A stretch of 64,000 bases of DNA from Bacteroidales bacterium (GTDB lineage: Bacteria > Bacteroidota > Bacteroidia > Bacteroidales > WCHB1-69): NCBI GenBank assembly GCA_023229985.1, contig JALNYF010000002.1:3537-67536 (forward strand), in the 5' to 3' direction. A program made the translations under genes and the position numbers. The notes beneath the pieces are model-generated. The model did not search any database and was not told the origin of the DNA. It was given only the letters and a program-made list of their open reading frames with translations. Shown here piece by piece: positions 9,031 to 19,124 of the stretch. Position 1 is the first letter of the stretch. The number at the start of each line of letters is the position of its first letter.

Positions 9031-9567
9031 TTATTCTTCACTTTCTTCCTTTTCGGCGGAGATTCCTAATTTTTGCATGATTTGCTCATTGATGTCCCAC
9101 TTGGGGTCGGCATAGATGATGGTCATGGAACCGGCAACATCAAAGACAAAAGCATAACCTTTTTCTTTGGCATATTCATCGATGGCAGTAAAGACGCGGT
9201 CTTGGATAGGCTTAACCAATTCTTCTCTTTTTTTGAAGAGGTCACCGTCTTTTCCAAATCTTTTCTTTTGCATGTTTTTGGCATCTTGTTCGGCGGCAAT
9301 GATCGCTTCTTCGCGTTTTTTCTTCATTCCGTCAGGAAGGGTAATTTGCTCAACTTGGTATTTCTTATACATTGAATCAATGGATTTGAATTGAGCTTCA
9401 ATTTCTTTTTGCCACTGGGCGGCAATTCTGTCTAATTCTGCTTGGGCTTCAACATAGTCTGGCATATTGCCCAAGATGTATTCGGAATCAATATAGGCAT
9501 ACTTTTGTCCAAAAACGGGCAAAAGCATTAAGCTAATGATAATGGTTATAAAAATGTTTTTTTTCAT
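9031..9567 (-). CDS. OmpH/Skp family periplasmic chaperone (copy 1, acidic tail)
   Basis: 178 aa. Signal peptide, YAYIDSEYILGNMPDY..., ...YAFVFD, C-terminal AEKEESEE. Immediately downstream of bamA. Confidence 0.8.
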   Translation of the reverse strand: MKKNIFITIIISLMLLPVFGQKYAYIDSEYILGNMPDYVEAQAELDRIAAQWQKEIEAQFKSIDSMYKKYQVEQITLPDGMKKKREEAIIAAEQDAKNMQKKRFGKDGDLFKKREELVKPIQDRVFTAIDEYAKEKGYAFVFDVAGSMTIIYADPKWDINEQIMQKLGISAEKEESEE

Positions 9568-9628
9568 AATTATTGTGTGTTTTGTTTATAACGTTGAATC
9601 GTTGTTTATATTTTAATTGTATAAAAAA

Positions 9629-12247
9629 TTAGTCAATAGATTGATTGATAGATATATGGAATCTGCTTCCTGCGGCATCGGAGCGACCCGGGACGTTATC
9701 AAATCCGTAGCCCCAGTCAAATCCGAGTAATCCGAACATGGGGAGGTATATTCTTACCCCTAAGCCGGCAGATTTGTAAAGGTTAAAGGGTGAATAGTCG
9801 CGTTTGTTGTTCCAAGCTTTACCGGCTTCCACAAATCCTAATACATAAATGGTGGCACTAGGATTTAAGGTGATGGGGTAACGCAATTCAGCAGTAAATT
9901 TATTAAAGATGGTGCCGCCCACTTCGTCTCCATTTTCCAACGGCGTTAGGGCGCTATCGTCGTAGCCGCGCATACCGATAATTTCACGTCCATCCAATGC
10001 CCAACTTGACAATCCGTCTCCGCCCAAATAGAATCTTTCAAACGGCGGTGCGCCAACGTTCTTGTTGTACCAGCCGATAAATCCGGTTTTTATTCTTACG
10101 TTGAGAACTAAGTTATCCACAAGTTTGGTAAACCATGACAGGTTGAATTTCCATTTATGAAATTCAAGAAATTTGTATTTTTCTTGGTCGGTTGCAGTGG
10201 CATAATCCTTATTGGTAAAAAGAGAGTAGGGGGGAGTAGCTTGCACGGAGAACATAATTTCGGAACCTTCGCGCGGGTATATCGGTGCACTTACCGAGTT
10301 ACGCATCAGGGTAAATTTGTAACTGATATTGTTGGCGTATCCGTTGCTGAAAATAAAAACGCTCCCGTAATTATTAACTTTGTAATATTGGTAGATAAGG
10401 CCGTGAGAAAGTTGGAAATAGTCATCGGGCCATTTCAGTTTTTTTGCAAAAGTAACGTTGGCACCCAGAATATTGATCGACGCAAAACTGGCATCTTTGC
10501 GTGAATAGCCGTTGGTTTGTACTTGGTAATAGACGGAAGCGGAGAGCGTATTCGGTTTTTTGCCGCCCAGCCAAGGTTCTACAAACGAAAAGCTGTAAGA
10601 TTGATACCAAATCGCGTTGGTGGAGACCTTTAGAGAAATTTTTTGTCCGTCTCCCGATGGAACCGGTGTCCAAGCATTTTTGTCAAAAAGTTTTCGGAAT
10701 GAAAAATTATTGAATGAAATGCCCGCACTTAATACCAATCCGGTGGCACCGTAGCCTGCCGACAGTTCCAATTGGTCGGAAGAAGTCTCTTCTACCACGT
10801 ATTCGATATCAACGGTTCCATCTGCTTCATTAGGCGTAGGAATGACATCCATTTTTTCCTGATTAAAGTATCCTAATGAGAGTAGAACTTGCTGCGAGCG
10901 AATGATATCGGCGCGGTTGAATAGTTGCCCGGGGAGCGTAGTCACTTCGCGTAAAATTACGTTATCGTTGGTTTTGGTATTTCCGCTCACCGTTATATTA
11001 TTGTAGGTGGCTTGTTGCCCTTCTCTAATACGTATTTCAATGTCGATGGAATCGTTTTCAATGAGCACTTCCGTTGGATTGGCGTAGAAAAACAGATAAC
11101 CATCATTCATATAGAGCGAACTGATGTCGTTACCGTCGGGGTTCATACTGATATTTTCGGTTAAACGTTTTTGATTATAAACGTCCCCTTTTTCGATATT
11201 GAGTAATTGGTGTAATAAATCGCTTGAGAATTTGGTATTTCCTACGAATTTAATATTTCTAAAATAGTATTTATTTCCCTCATTTACACTAATATCCACG
11301 TATGCGAAGTTGTTTTTTATATAAAAACTGTCTTTAACGATGTAAGCATCTCTGAAACCTAATTCGTTGTATTTCTCTATAAGTTTGATTTTATCGTCTT
11401 CAAATTGGGTTTTGATAAATTTGGAACCTTTAAAACGGAGACTGACACGTCCGGCAAAATAGTCGCCCAAGTGTTCCAAAATGTCTTTTGACTTGTAATA
11501 ATCGGGGTGTTTAAACATGTAGGCAATCACGGTATCGGCTTTGTAGAACGGTGCAAAATGGAAACGTTCTTTGGTCTCTTTCATTGATTTCAGCAACTTC
11601 GCTGCTGAAACTTGATTGTTGCCGATAAAGGTAATGCGGTCTATTTTGACTTTTTTTCCTTTTTTGATATTGAAGAAAAGATTAACGGCTTTAGAGATCT
11701 TTTCGTCCTGTTTTTCTTCGACCGAAATTTCGCAGTTATAAAATCCTTTTTCGATGTAGTAATCTTTGATAATGTTGATGCAAGTTTTTTTGAGGTTATC
11801 ATTGACGATGTTTCCCTGTGAAATCTTTATTTTTTCTCTAATTTCTGTTTCTTCGCTTTTTTTTGCACCGTTGAAAGCGAAGGCAGCCAAGCGGGAGCGG
11901 TCTTCCAAATAAATATCGAGGAAAGCGGTCTTGCCCATTGTTTTGGTAACGGATATTTTAATATCTTCGTATAGTCCGGTACTCCAGAGCTTTTTAATGG
12001 TTTTCGAGATTTTGTCTCCCGGGATGTCAATGGTTTCTCCGACGTGGAAAAGTAAGAATCTTTGGTCTAATGCGCCACTGCCGGAAATGGTAATTCCTCC
12101 GATTTCATAAGGTTTGGGTGCCGAATAATCAAAAGACACAGATGGGGTAGTATCTTGAGAAGTCACTACAACTTGTGCGTAAGATGCTAATTGGCAGAAC
12201 AATAAGACGAAAAGAACCCCGAAATAGTGTAATGATTTTATCAACAT
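9629..12247 (-). CDS. bamA: outer membrane protein assembly factor BamA
   Basis: 872 aa. Signal peptide, repeated POTRA-like modules, a C-terminal beta-barrel with alternating aromatic pattern, and the conserved uppS-bamA-skp synteny. Confidence 0.9.
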   Translation of the reverse strand: MLIKSLHYFGVLFVLLFCQLASYAQVVVTSQDTTPSVSFDYSAPKPYEIGGITISGSGALDQRFLLFHVGETIDIPGDKISKTIKKLWSTGLYEDIKISVTKTMGKTAFLDIYLEDRSRLAAFAFNGAKKSEETEIREKIKISQGNIVNDNLKKTCINIIKDYYIEKGFYNCEISVEEKQDEKISKAVNLFFNIKKGKKVKIDRITFIGNNQVSAAKLLKSMKETKERFHFAPFYKADTVIAYMFKHPDYYKSKDILEHLGDYFAGRVSLRFKGSKFIKTQFEDDKIKLIEKYNELGFRDAYIVKDSFYIKNNFAYVDISVNEGNKYYFRNIKFVGNTKFSSDLLHQLLNIEKGDVYNQKRLTENISMNPDGNDISSLYMNDGYLFFYANPTEVLIENDSIDIEIRIREGQQATYNNITVSGNTKTNDNVILREVTTLPGQLFNRADIIRSQQVLLSLGYFNQEKMDVIPTPNEADGTVDIEYVVEETSSDQLELSAGYGATGLVLSAGISFNNFSFRKLFDKNAWTPVPSGDGQKISLKVSTNAIWYQSYSFSFVEPWLGGKKPNTLSASVYYQVQTNGYSRKDASFASINILGANVTFAKKLKWPDDYFQLSHGLIYQYYKVNNYGSVFIFSNGYANNISYKFTLMRNSVSAPIYPREGSEIMFSVQATPPYSLFTNKDYATATDQEKYKFLEFHKWKFNLSWFTKLVDNLVLNVRIKTGFIGWYNKNVGAPPFERFYLGGDGLSSWALDGREIIGMRGYDDSALTPLENGDEVGGTIFNKFTAELRYPITLNPSATIYVLGFVEAGKAWNNKRDYSPFNLYKSAGLGVRIYLPMFGLLGFDWGYGFDNVPGRSDAAGSRFHISINQSID

Positions 12248-12269
12248 TCTATATTTTAAAATTAGCGTG

Positions 12270-12277
12270 CAAATTTA
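12270..12277 (-). promoter_or_regulatory. candidate -7 box (TAAATTTG on the minus strand) for bamA
   Basis: The plus strand reads CAAATTTA in the 39-nt uppS-bamA spacer. Followed on the minus strand by CACGCT, and preceded by a T10 run on the minus strand (12277-12286). Confidence 0.5.
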
Positions 12278-12286
12278 AAAAAAAAA

Positions 12287-13039
12287 TCAACATGGTTGTA
12301 CTTGCTCACTAGTTTTGCCAAATCTTCTTTCTCGGGCTTGAAATTGACAGATAATTTCATGCAAGTGTTGTCCATCAAATTCGGGCCACATGATGGGTAA
12401 AAAAAACATTTCGGTATAAGCCATTTGCCAAAGCAGGAAGTTGCTGATTCTGTATTCCCCGCCGGTTCTTATGAGAATATCGGGGTCGGGAATAGGGAAA
12501 GTGTTGAGTGCTTTCATGAAAGTTTCTTCGTTGATCTCCTGTTCGCTAATTTGCTTCGATTGTATTTGACGGACAAGTTGCTTTGCCGCTTGCACAATTT
12601 CCCATCTTCCACTATAACTAATTGCCAATGTTAGTGTTATGCCCGTGTTCGCTGCCGTTGCCTGAATGGCTTCCTGTAATCCTTTTTGACAATCATCGGG
12701 CAGGTCAGCGATGTTGCCGATGATATTTAATCTTACGCGTTTTTCCATAAGATTGTCTAATTCATTGCGAAGCGAGCTGACTAACAATGACATAAGAGCA
12801 TTTACTTCTTGTTGGGGGCGATTCCAATTTTCAGTAGAAAAAGTGTAGAGTGTCAGGTACGAAATTCCCATTTTAGCGGCAGCTGTTAGTGCCCTTCTTA
12901 CTGCTTCGGTGCCGGCTTGATGTCCATAAATCCGCTCTAATCCTTTCTCTTTTGCCCATCTTCCATTTCCGTCAAGGATAATGGCAACGTGTTGCGGAAT
13001 ATTGTTTTTATCTATTTGATTAGTAATATTTTTCGGCAT
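12287..13039 (-). CDS. uppS: isoprenyl transferase (undecaprenyl diphosphate synthase)
   Basis: 250 aa. HVAIILDGNGRWA, FSTENWNRP and RTGGEYRISNFLLWQ motifs of cis-prenyltransferases. Confidence 0.92.
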   Translation of the reverse strand: MPKNITNQIDKNNIPQHVAIILDGNGRWAKEKGLERIYGHQAGTEAVRRALTAAAKMGISYLTLYTFSTENWNRPQQEVNALMSLLVSSLRNELDNLMEKRVRLNIIGNIADLPDDCQKGLQEAIQATAANTGITLTLAISYSGRWEIVQAAKQLVRQIQSKQISEQEINEETFMKALNTFPIPDPDILIRTGGEYRISNFLLWQMAYTEMFFLPIMWPEFDGQHLHEIICQFQARERRFGKTSEQVQPC

Positions 13040-13048
13040 AATGATAGA

Positions 13049-13894
13049 TTATCGAGTAATGCTTTTCCTTTTGATATTTGTTCGCAGGTCGCAGGTTTTA
13101 TCTACTTCTCCAAATTTGAAGGTAATAGTTACGCCGGCGAAGGAGTACAAGTCCTTGGTCGTGGAGTTCCCGCGCGCAGTCCCCGCTTCGTGTAAGACTT
13201 CCGATTTATCGGCTAAGCGGGCAATAGCAGCCCCTCTTTCATTGCTAAGTGTCTCATTATCATAGTAGGTGCCGCTAACATCATCTAAATAATCGGTGAA
13301 AGTATAACGCAATCCCCATTCAGCACCAATGGAAATGTAGCGGGCAAAATTAAATCGAATCCCAATCCCGAAAGGAATCGCGAAATTGACCAATGAGTAA
13401 AAGTCTTTTTCACCTTCAAACCCTTGTCCTTCCGTTCCGACGTGTTGCAGTGCATAATAGGTGCCGTCTCGGTCTGCTGCTTGCGGATTGAAAGAGAAAA
13501 CAGCGATACCCGCAAAAATATAGGGCGAAAAAAAGTTTTTCCCGCGTGCGTTGTATAGTCTGAAAAAATTAAGTTCAGCTTGGGCGGAAATTTCCGTAAT
13601 TGGTGATTTGAAACTTAGATTTCTTTCGTAGTTTTTGTTCGTGATGGCATCACTTCCTTCCACTTGTGCAAAAAGAATATCTGCTTTGAGTGCCCAACGC
13701 GGTGAAAAATTATAACGATAAATGATTCCACCCGCTACTTGGGGCATTCCAAAAATCGTACGCGGATTTAAGTCGCCCAAGTAAAAAGAAGTCCCAACCA
13801 TGGCTCCAATTTCAGATTTTTGTGAAAAACAAGAAAAACTACTCAAGATTATGAGGCAGAGAATAAGATGTTTTTTCATTCGTTTAAGTTTCAT
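13049..13894 (-). CDS. outer-membrane beta-barrel protein (DUF6089-like)
   Basis: 281 aa. Signal peptide and alternating hydrophobic/aromatic beta-strand pattern. It occupies the position directly upstream of uppS, where Bacteroidota carry this family. The family name is from memory and was not searched. Confidence 0.5.
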   Translation of the reverse strand: MKLKRMKKHLILCLIILSSFSCFSQKSEIGAMVGTSFYLGDLNPRTIFGMPQVAGGIIYRYNFSPRWALKADILFAQVEGSDAITNKNYERNLSFKSPITEISAQAELNFFRLYNARGKNFFSPYIFAGIAVFSFNPQAADRDGTYYALQHVGTEGQGFEGEKDFYSLVNFAIPFGIGIRFNFARYISIGAEWGLRYTFTDYLDDVSGTYYDNETLSNERGAAIARLADKSEVLHEAGTARGNSTTKDLYSFAGVTITFKFGEVDKTCDLRTNIKRKSITR

Positions 13895-13949
13895 AAAAAC
13901 AGTTCTTTTAACGTTTAGTATTTCAAATTATTGTTTATGTTTGAACGTT

Positions 13950-14546
13950 TTATCTGTCAATTAATTGGGAATAATCCGATAAATAAAAACGATTGGGGCG
14001 CAACGCGTCTTCCGCCGCATAATCTACGCCAATACGGGGAGTTGCAATGATATCTTCCGGTGAAATGTCCAAATCACGATTTTCCAGCCAAACCATATCA
14101 GAATTTAAAGAGATACCGTTGTGCAATTTGCTTATTCCGAGGCACTTGCTAACCTTCCCCGGTCCTTGTGCCAAGTCGGGGGTGACTCTCAATTTTCCGG
14201 TACGTTTCAACATCAGTTCTTCGCCGTGAGTCGGGAAAATGGAACGAATGAGGATGGCGTCCGGAATGTCCCGCTGATTGGTGACGATATTAAGCAAAAA
14301 ATGAACTCCGTAACACAAATATACGTAAATGACACCCCCCCTTGCGTACATCATTTCGTTTCGTTGGGTGCGCCTGCCGCCGAAAGCATGCGAGGCTTTG
14401 TCGGTAATGCCTTGATAGGCTTCCGTTTCGGTAATGATACCACCGGCAATTTGACCGTCTATCTGTGTAAAAATATACTTGCCTATCAAGTTTTGGGCTA
14501 AATAGAGTACATTGTCATTCAAGTAATAATCGGACGAAATCACCAT
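13950..14546 (-). CDS. DNA-3-methyladenine glycosylase (Mpg/AAG family)
   Basis: 198 aa. ETEAYQG...DKASHAFGGRRTQRNEMMYARGGVIYVYLCYGVHFLLNIV is the conserved core of the AAG family. Confidence 0.85.
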   Translation of the reverse strand: MVISSDYYLNDNVLYLAQNLIGKYIFTQIDGQIAGGIITETEAYQGITDKASHAFGGRRTQRNEMMYARGGVIYVYLCYGVHFLLNIVTNQRDIPDAILIRSIFPTHGEELMLKRTGKLRVTPDLAQGPGKVSKCLGISKLHNGISLNSDMVWLENRDLDISPEDIIATPRIGVDYAAEDALRPNRFYLSDYSQLIDR

Positions 14547-14548
14547 GC

Positions 14549-14588
14549 AAAAAGAAAAATAGTCGGAGAACTTGCGGCTGTCCGACTA
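14549..14588 (-). terminator. rho-independent terminator after gap
   Basis: 8-bp stem TAGTCGGA (14560-14567) / TCCGACTA (14581-14588) with a 13-nt loop. On the minus strand it is followed by TTTTTCTTTTTG. Confidence 0.6.
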
Positions 14589-14604
14589 TAAAAGTTGAAA
14601 ATGA

Positions 14605-15618
<1,014 letters not shown>

Positions 15619-15660
15619 TTAATTTAGTTAGTAAATGATGAGTTGAGATGTGAACTCTAA

Positions 15661-16764
15661 TTATTTGATTTCTATGTATTTATAATTATCAATTTGTATT
15701 AATCTGGTTTGGGTGTTTTCGTATCCGCCCTTTTCTGCTCTTTTGAATTTGAAACGACACGATAAGGGTAAGTCCTCATTGCCAAGTAGATTATAGTCAT
15801 TGCAGATAAGATTAACGAAGAATTTGGTGACATCATAACCTTGAAAGGCGAAATTATCGATGGTGGGCAATGATTCATATTTTGAGGCATAATTGTACGT
15901 GAACACCGTTGTCAATTCTTCTGCTGCATCAACGAAATAGTTGGTAAAAAAGCACAGTTTAAAAGTATTGACATTTTCAATGTTCAGATTTTTGATTTTA
16001 AACCAGCTTTCAGGAACAATCCACATGAAATTTTTTTCGGAATAATTGAGCATTTTGGTCATGCTTTGTGAAACGCGAATGGGGTTGCTGTAGCAAGAAA
16101 TGACCACATTTCGTAGGTGTTCGGAAAAGAATTTTGCAATATCGGCCGTATCAACAGCTTTGTGATATGTAATATTATGGGAGAGAAAATAATTCTCATA
16201 GGCGGCGACTTCGCGTGGGAACTCGTTTTCATTGACCCAAAGTATATAATTGCTGTTTGGGTAAGTTTCATTGACCATTTGTGGACGCACTGATAAGTCC
16301 GGAATTAATTTATAAACGTATGGATTTCCTTCCACAATGTCGTGGCGCGAGGAAAAAGGATTGACGACGGGTATCTTATGATTTTTTGCGAAGGCGGCTA
16401 CTTTCGGGAACATTTTTCCATAGACCGGCGCGATAATCAGGTCGATTTTTTTGTTGGCCACTTCTGCCAAGATGCTTTCTAACTTGTTTGAATCATTGGT
16501 GATGTCACGGGTGATGACGTTGAGCATTCTGCCATTTTGGGCTATTTCGTTCAAGGCAATTTGTGCCCCTTCCCAAAAACCTATCAATGAGTTATTGAAG
16601 TGGTTCTCAATGTCGGCGGCTTCATTTAGGCTTTCGATGTTCGTTTGTGCTAACCCATGGGCATTGATGGGAAGCAAAAACAGAATGGTTTTACTGGATT
16701 CGGTTTGAGCGTAATTGAATCCAAAGGTCAAAAATAGTATGGAAATAAGGATAATTTTTTTCAT
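15661..16764 (-). CDS. secreted protein with a type-1 periplasmic-binding-protein-like fold (LivK-like), function unknown
   Basis: 367 aa. Signal peptide. An alternating beta-alpha pattern (IDLIIAPVYGKMFPKVAAFAKNHKIPVVNPFS) resembles the PBP1 fold. The start overlaps the upstream stop (ATGA). Confidence 0.4.
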   Translation of the reverse strand: MKKIILISILFLTFGFNYAQTESSKTILFLLPINAHGLAQTNIESLNEAADIENHFNNSLIGFWEGAQIALNEIAQNGRMLNVITRDITNDSNKLESILAEVANKKIDLIIAPVYGKMFPKVAAFAKNHKIPVVNPFSSRHDIVEGNPYVYKLIPDLSVRPQMVNETYPNSNYILWVNENEFPREVAAYENYFLSHNITYHKAVDTADIAKFFSEHLRNVVISCYSNPIRVSQSMTKMLNYSEKNFMWIVPESWFKIKNLNIENVNTFKLCFFTNYFVDAAEELTTVFTYNYASKYESLPTIDNFAFQGYDVTKFFVNLICNDYNLLGNEDLPLSCRFKFKRAEKGGYENTQTRLIQIDNYKYIEIK

Positions 16765-17657
16765 CTTGTATGCATGTTTGCTTGTTCAATGGTTACGGGA
16801 AGTTTCCAACGGCGATGACTCCATAACCAAAATTCAGGGTTCTCAGTGATGGTCTGTTCTGATAGTTGTATGTATTTCTCAATGATTTCTCCCTCTTTCA
16901 TATTTTGTGGAGAATCTGTAATTATTTTATTTTCAATGTGATAATAACCCATTCGGTCTTTGATGACAGCATAATAGATAACCGGAATATTGTACTTTTT
17001 TGCAAAATATTCGGCACCATATATCATCGCTGAGGGTTGATTCAAAAACATCGTTTTATAACTTTTATCTATGTTATTGGGCGATTGGTCACTCAACATC
17101 ATATAAGCAACTTTTTGCCCATTTTGTTCATATTGTTGAAAAGTTTCTCTCACATGGTCGGCAAAAACGACCTCTGTTCCATAACGAGTGCGGGCTCGGT
17201 TGATCAATTTTTCAAAAATTTTGTTGGAATTGGCTTTCCCAACTCCAACGCCATGGTGCTTGTATTGCATGGATAAACTCAAAATCATCCATTCCCAATT
17301 GTTGTAGTGATTGGATATCAAGATGACACTTTTCCCCTTTTCAAAGAATTGATTGACTACTTCGGGATTGATACATGAATACCTTTTTCTGAGCGATTTC
17401 TTGCTCATTGTAAGCATTTTGAGCATCTCTGCAGCAATTTGCGCAAGGTGATGGTAATATCTTCGTGTCAGCCTCTCAATCTCTTTGCCACTTTTGTCGG
17501 GAAAAGCATTTTTGAAATTCCGAATGATTATTTTTTTTCGATATTTAATTATATATTGTATGATTAAATAGAAGATGTACGCAATTCCATACAAAAAAGG
17601 GAGCGGCAAAATGGAAAGCGGATATAAAACGAGATAAAAAAGCAAGCGGGTTCCCAT
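16761..17657 (-). CDS. lipid A biosynthesis lauroyl/myristoyl acyltransferase family protein (LpxL/HtrB-like)
   Basis: N-terminal TM helix and the acyltransferase H-box in ILISNHYNNWEW. I prefer the start at M40 of the track ORF (ATG 17657..17655), which lies 2 nt after the upstream gene's TAA. The longer ORF would overlap that gene by 115 nt. Confidence 0.7.
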   Translation of the reverse strand: MGTRLLFYLVLYPLSILPLPFLYGIAYIFYLIIQYIIKYRKKIIIRNFKNAFPDKSGKEIERLTRRYYHHLAQIAAEMLKMLTMSKKSLRKRYSCINPEVVNQFFEKGKSVILISNHYNNWEWMILSLSMQYKHHGVGVGKANSNKIFEKLINRARTRYGTEVVFADHVRETFQQYEQNGQKVAYMMLSDQSPNNIDKSYKTMFLNQPSAMIYGAEYFAKKYNIPVIYYAVIKDRMGYYHIENKIITDSPQNMKEGEIIEKYIQLSEQTITENPEFWLWSHRRWKLPVTIEQANMHTR

Positions 17658-17659
17658 AT

Positions 17660-18199
17660 TTATAACATTTTGGTATATTGGTAAATAGAGGAAACGATGT
17701 AATCGCTTTGAGCTTTTATTTCGGGACAAAAACTGCCGTCTGGATTGCTCAAGAAAACGGTTCCCATTCCGCAATTCTTTCCGAACAGCATGTCTGTATA
17801 ACTATCGCCGATCATCACAGAATTTTCAAAATCGATTTCGGGAAAATCGGCTTTGGCTTGACGTGCCATTCCGATTTCGGGCTTGCGGCACGCACAGCCA
17901 CTCCCGTTCAAATGGGGACAATAGTATATTTTGTCGATGATAATCTCTTTTTTTAAAAGAAATTGCAACAAAAAGGAATGCACATTTTCCACTTCCTCCA
18001 CGCTGCAAATGCCCTTGGCGATCCCTTGTTGGTTAGTAACGACAATCATTCTTCGGAAGAAGGGGCGAAGTAAGGGCGCGGACAGGAGAAAATCTTCCCG
18101 TATTTCCAATTCGGACACATTCTTGACGTAATCACCTATGAGTTGAACGTTGATGACACCGTCACGGTCCAAAAATAAGGTATCTTTCTGTGTCTGCAT
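17660..18199 (-). CDS. HAD-IIIA phosphatase, GmhB-like (D,D-heptose 1,7-bisphosphate phosphatase family)
   Basis: 179 aa. FLDRDGVIN (motif I), VTNQQGIAKG (motif II), Zn-finger insert CPHLNGSGCACRKPEIGM, and GDSYTD (motif IV). Confidence 0.8.
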   Translation of the reverse strand: MQTQKDTLFLDRDGVINVQLIGDYVKNVSELEIREDFLLSAPLLRPFFRRMIVVTNQQGIAKGICSVEEVENVHSFLLQFLLKKEIIIDKIYYCPHLNGSGCACRKPEIGMARQAKADFPEIDFENSVMIGDSYTDMLFGKNCGMGTVFLSNPDGSFCPEIKAQSDYIVSSIYQYTKML

Positions 18200-18249
18200 C
18201 CTTTTCTTTTCTTTTCTTTTGCCATTTTACACTGACCCCAATAATAGGG

Positions 18250-19122
18250 TCATAAATTGGCTAATTTATTTATAACATATTCTTTATCAGCTTGATATGT
18301 AACTCCAAACCATTGTGCATCGCTTCGCAATATTTTTATTTTTACGGTTTGATTCATTAAAAAGAAGTTGATAACCGTTGGAATTTGGAACTCGGATTTA
18401 GGATTATCGTTGTTGTTTTTCAGAAAATCGATGAAAAGCGCTTCCAATTTGTCAAAAAACAGCGGAGTAAATCCCCAGAAATTCATGGACACCGGTGTGT
18501 TTTCATCGAGTAAAGTGGTGGAATTGTCGGGATTGACATTGCTAATACAGTCGTTATCTCGTTGAATATGAGTCATTTCAGTAATAGAGACCAATTCTTG
18601 TTCTGCATTGGCGGTGCAAACGCCGCGTGATACGGAACCGTTTTCGGAAAGGGTGTTGGCTAATTTGTAACCAATCATTGAAAAATAGGGTGGGTTGCTA
18701 ATTTCTTCATTTTGAAGAAATTGAGCCATCACTGCAAAGGCATCTTTTCCGTAGAAATCGTCCGCATTGATCACGGCAAAAGGTTCTTTGATGGCGTGTT
18801 GAGCCACCAAGATGGCGTGAGCCGTTCCGTATGGTTTTACTCTTTCCGGGTGAGGGCAAAAGCCGGCGGGCAGAATATCCAATTCCTGAAAAACGTATTC
18901 AACTGCAATTTTGTGTATATATTTTGACAAAATATGCTCTTTAAAGTCGTTTTCCATATCGCGGCGGATGACGAAAACCACTTTGGTAAAGCCGGCTTTG
19001 ATGGCATAATCAACGGAATAGTCCATAATGGTTTCGCCCTTGGGACCCAATTGGTCTAATTGTTTCAGTCCGCCATAACGACTTCCCATGCCGGCTGCCA
19101 GTACTAAAAGTGTGAGTTTCAT
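18250..19122 (-). CDS. sugar-phosphate nucleotidyltransferase family protein
   Basis: 290 aa. N-terminal LAAGMGSRYGGLKQLD nucleotide-binding loop on a GT-A-like fold. Substrate unknown. Confidence 0.6.
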   Translation of the reverse strand: MKLTLLVLAAGMGSRYGGLKQLDQLGPKGETIMDYSVDYAIKAGFTKVVFVIRRDMENDFKEHILSKYIHKIAVEYVFQELDILPAGFCPHPERVKPYGTAHAILVAQHAIKEPFAVINADDFYGKDAFAVMAQFLQNEEISNPPYFSMIGYKLANTLSENGSVSRGVCTANAEQELVSITEMTHIQRDNDCISNVNPDNSTTLLDENTPVSMNFWGFTPLFFDKLEALFIDFLKNNNDNPKSEFQIPTVINFFLMNQTVKIKILRSDAQWFGVTYQADKEYVINKLANL

Positions 19123-19124
19123 AT

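Noticed and set aside
18233-18252. The hairpin TGACCC-N8-GGGTCA as a terminator after the nucleotidyltransferase gene
   Set aside because: The stem is only 6 bp, it overlaps the stop codon, and no T-run follows on the coding strand. Read-through into the GmhB-like gene is more likely.
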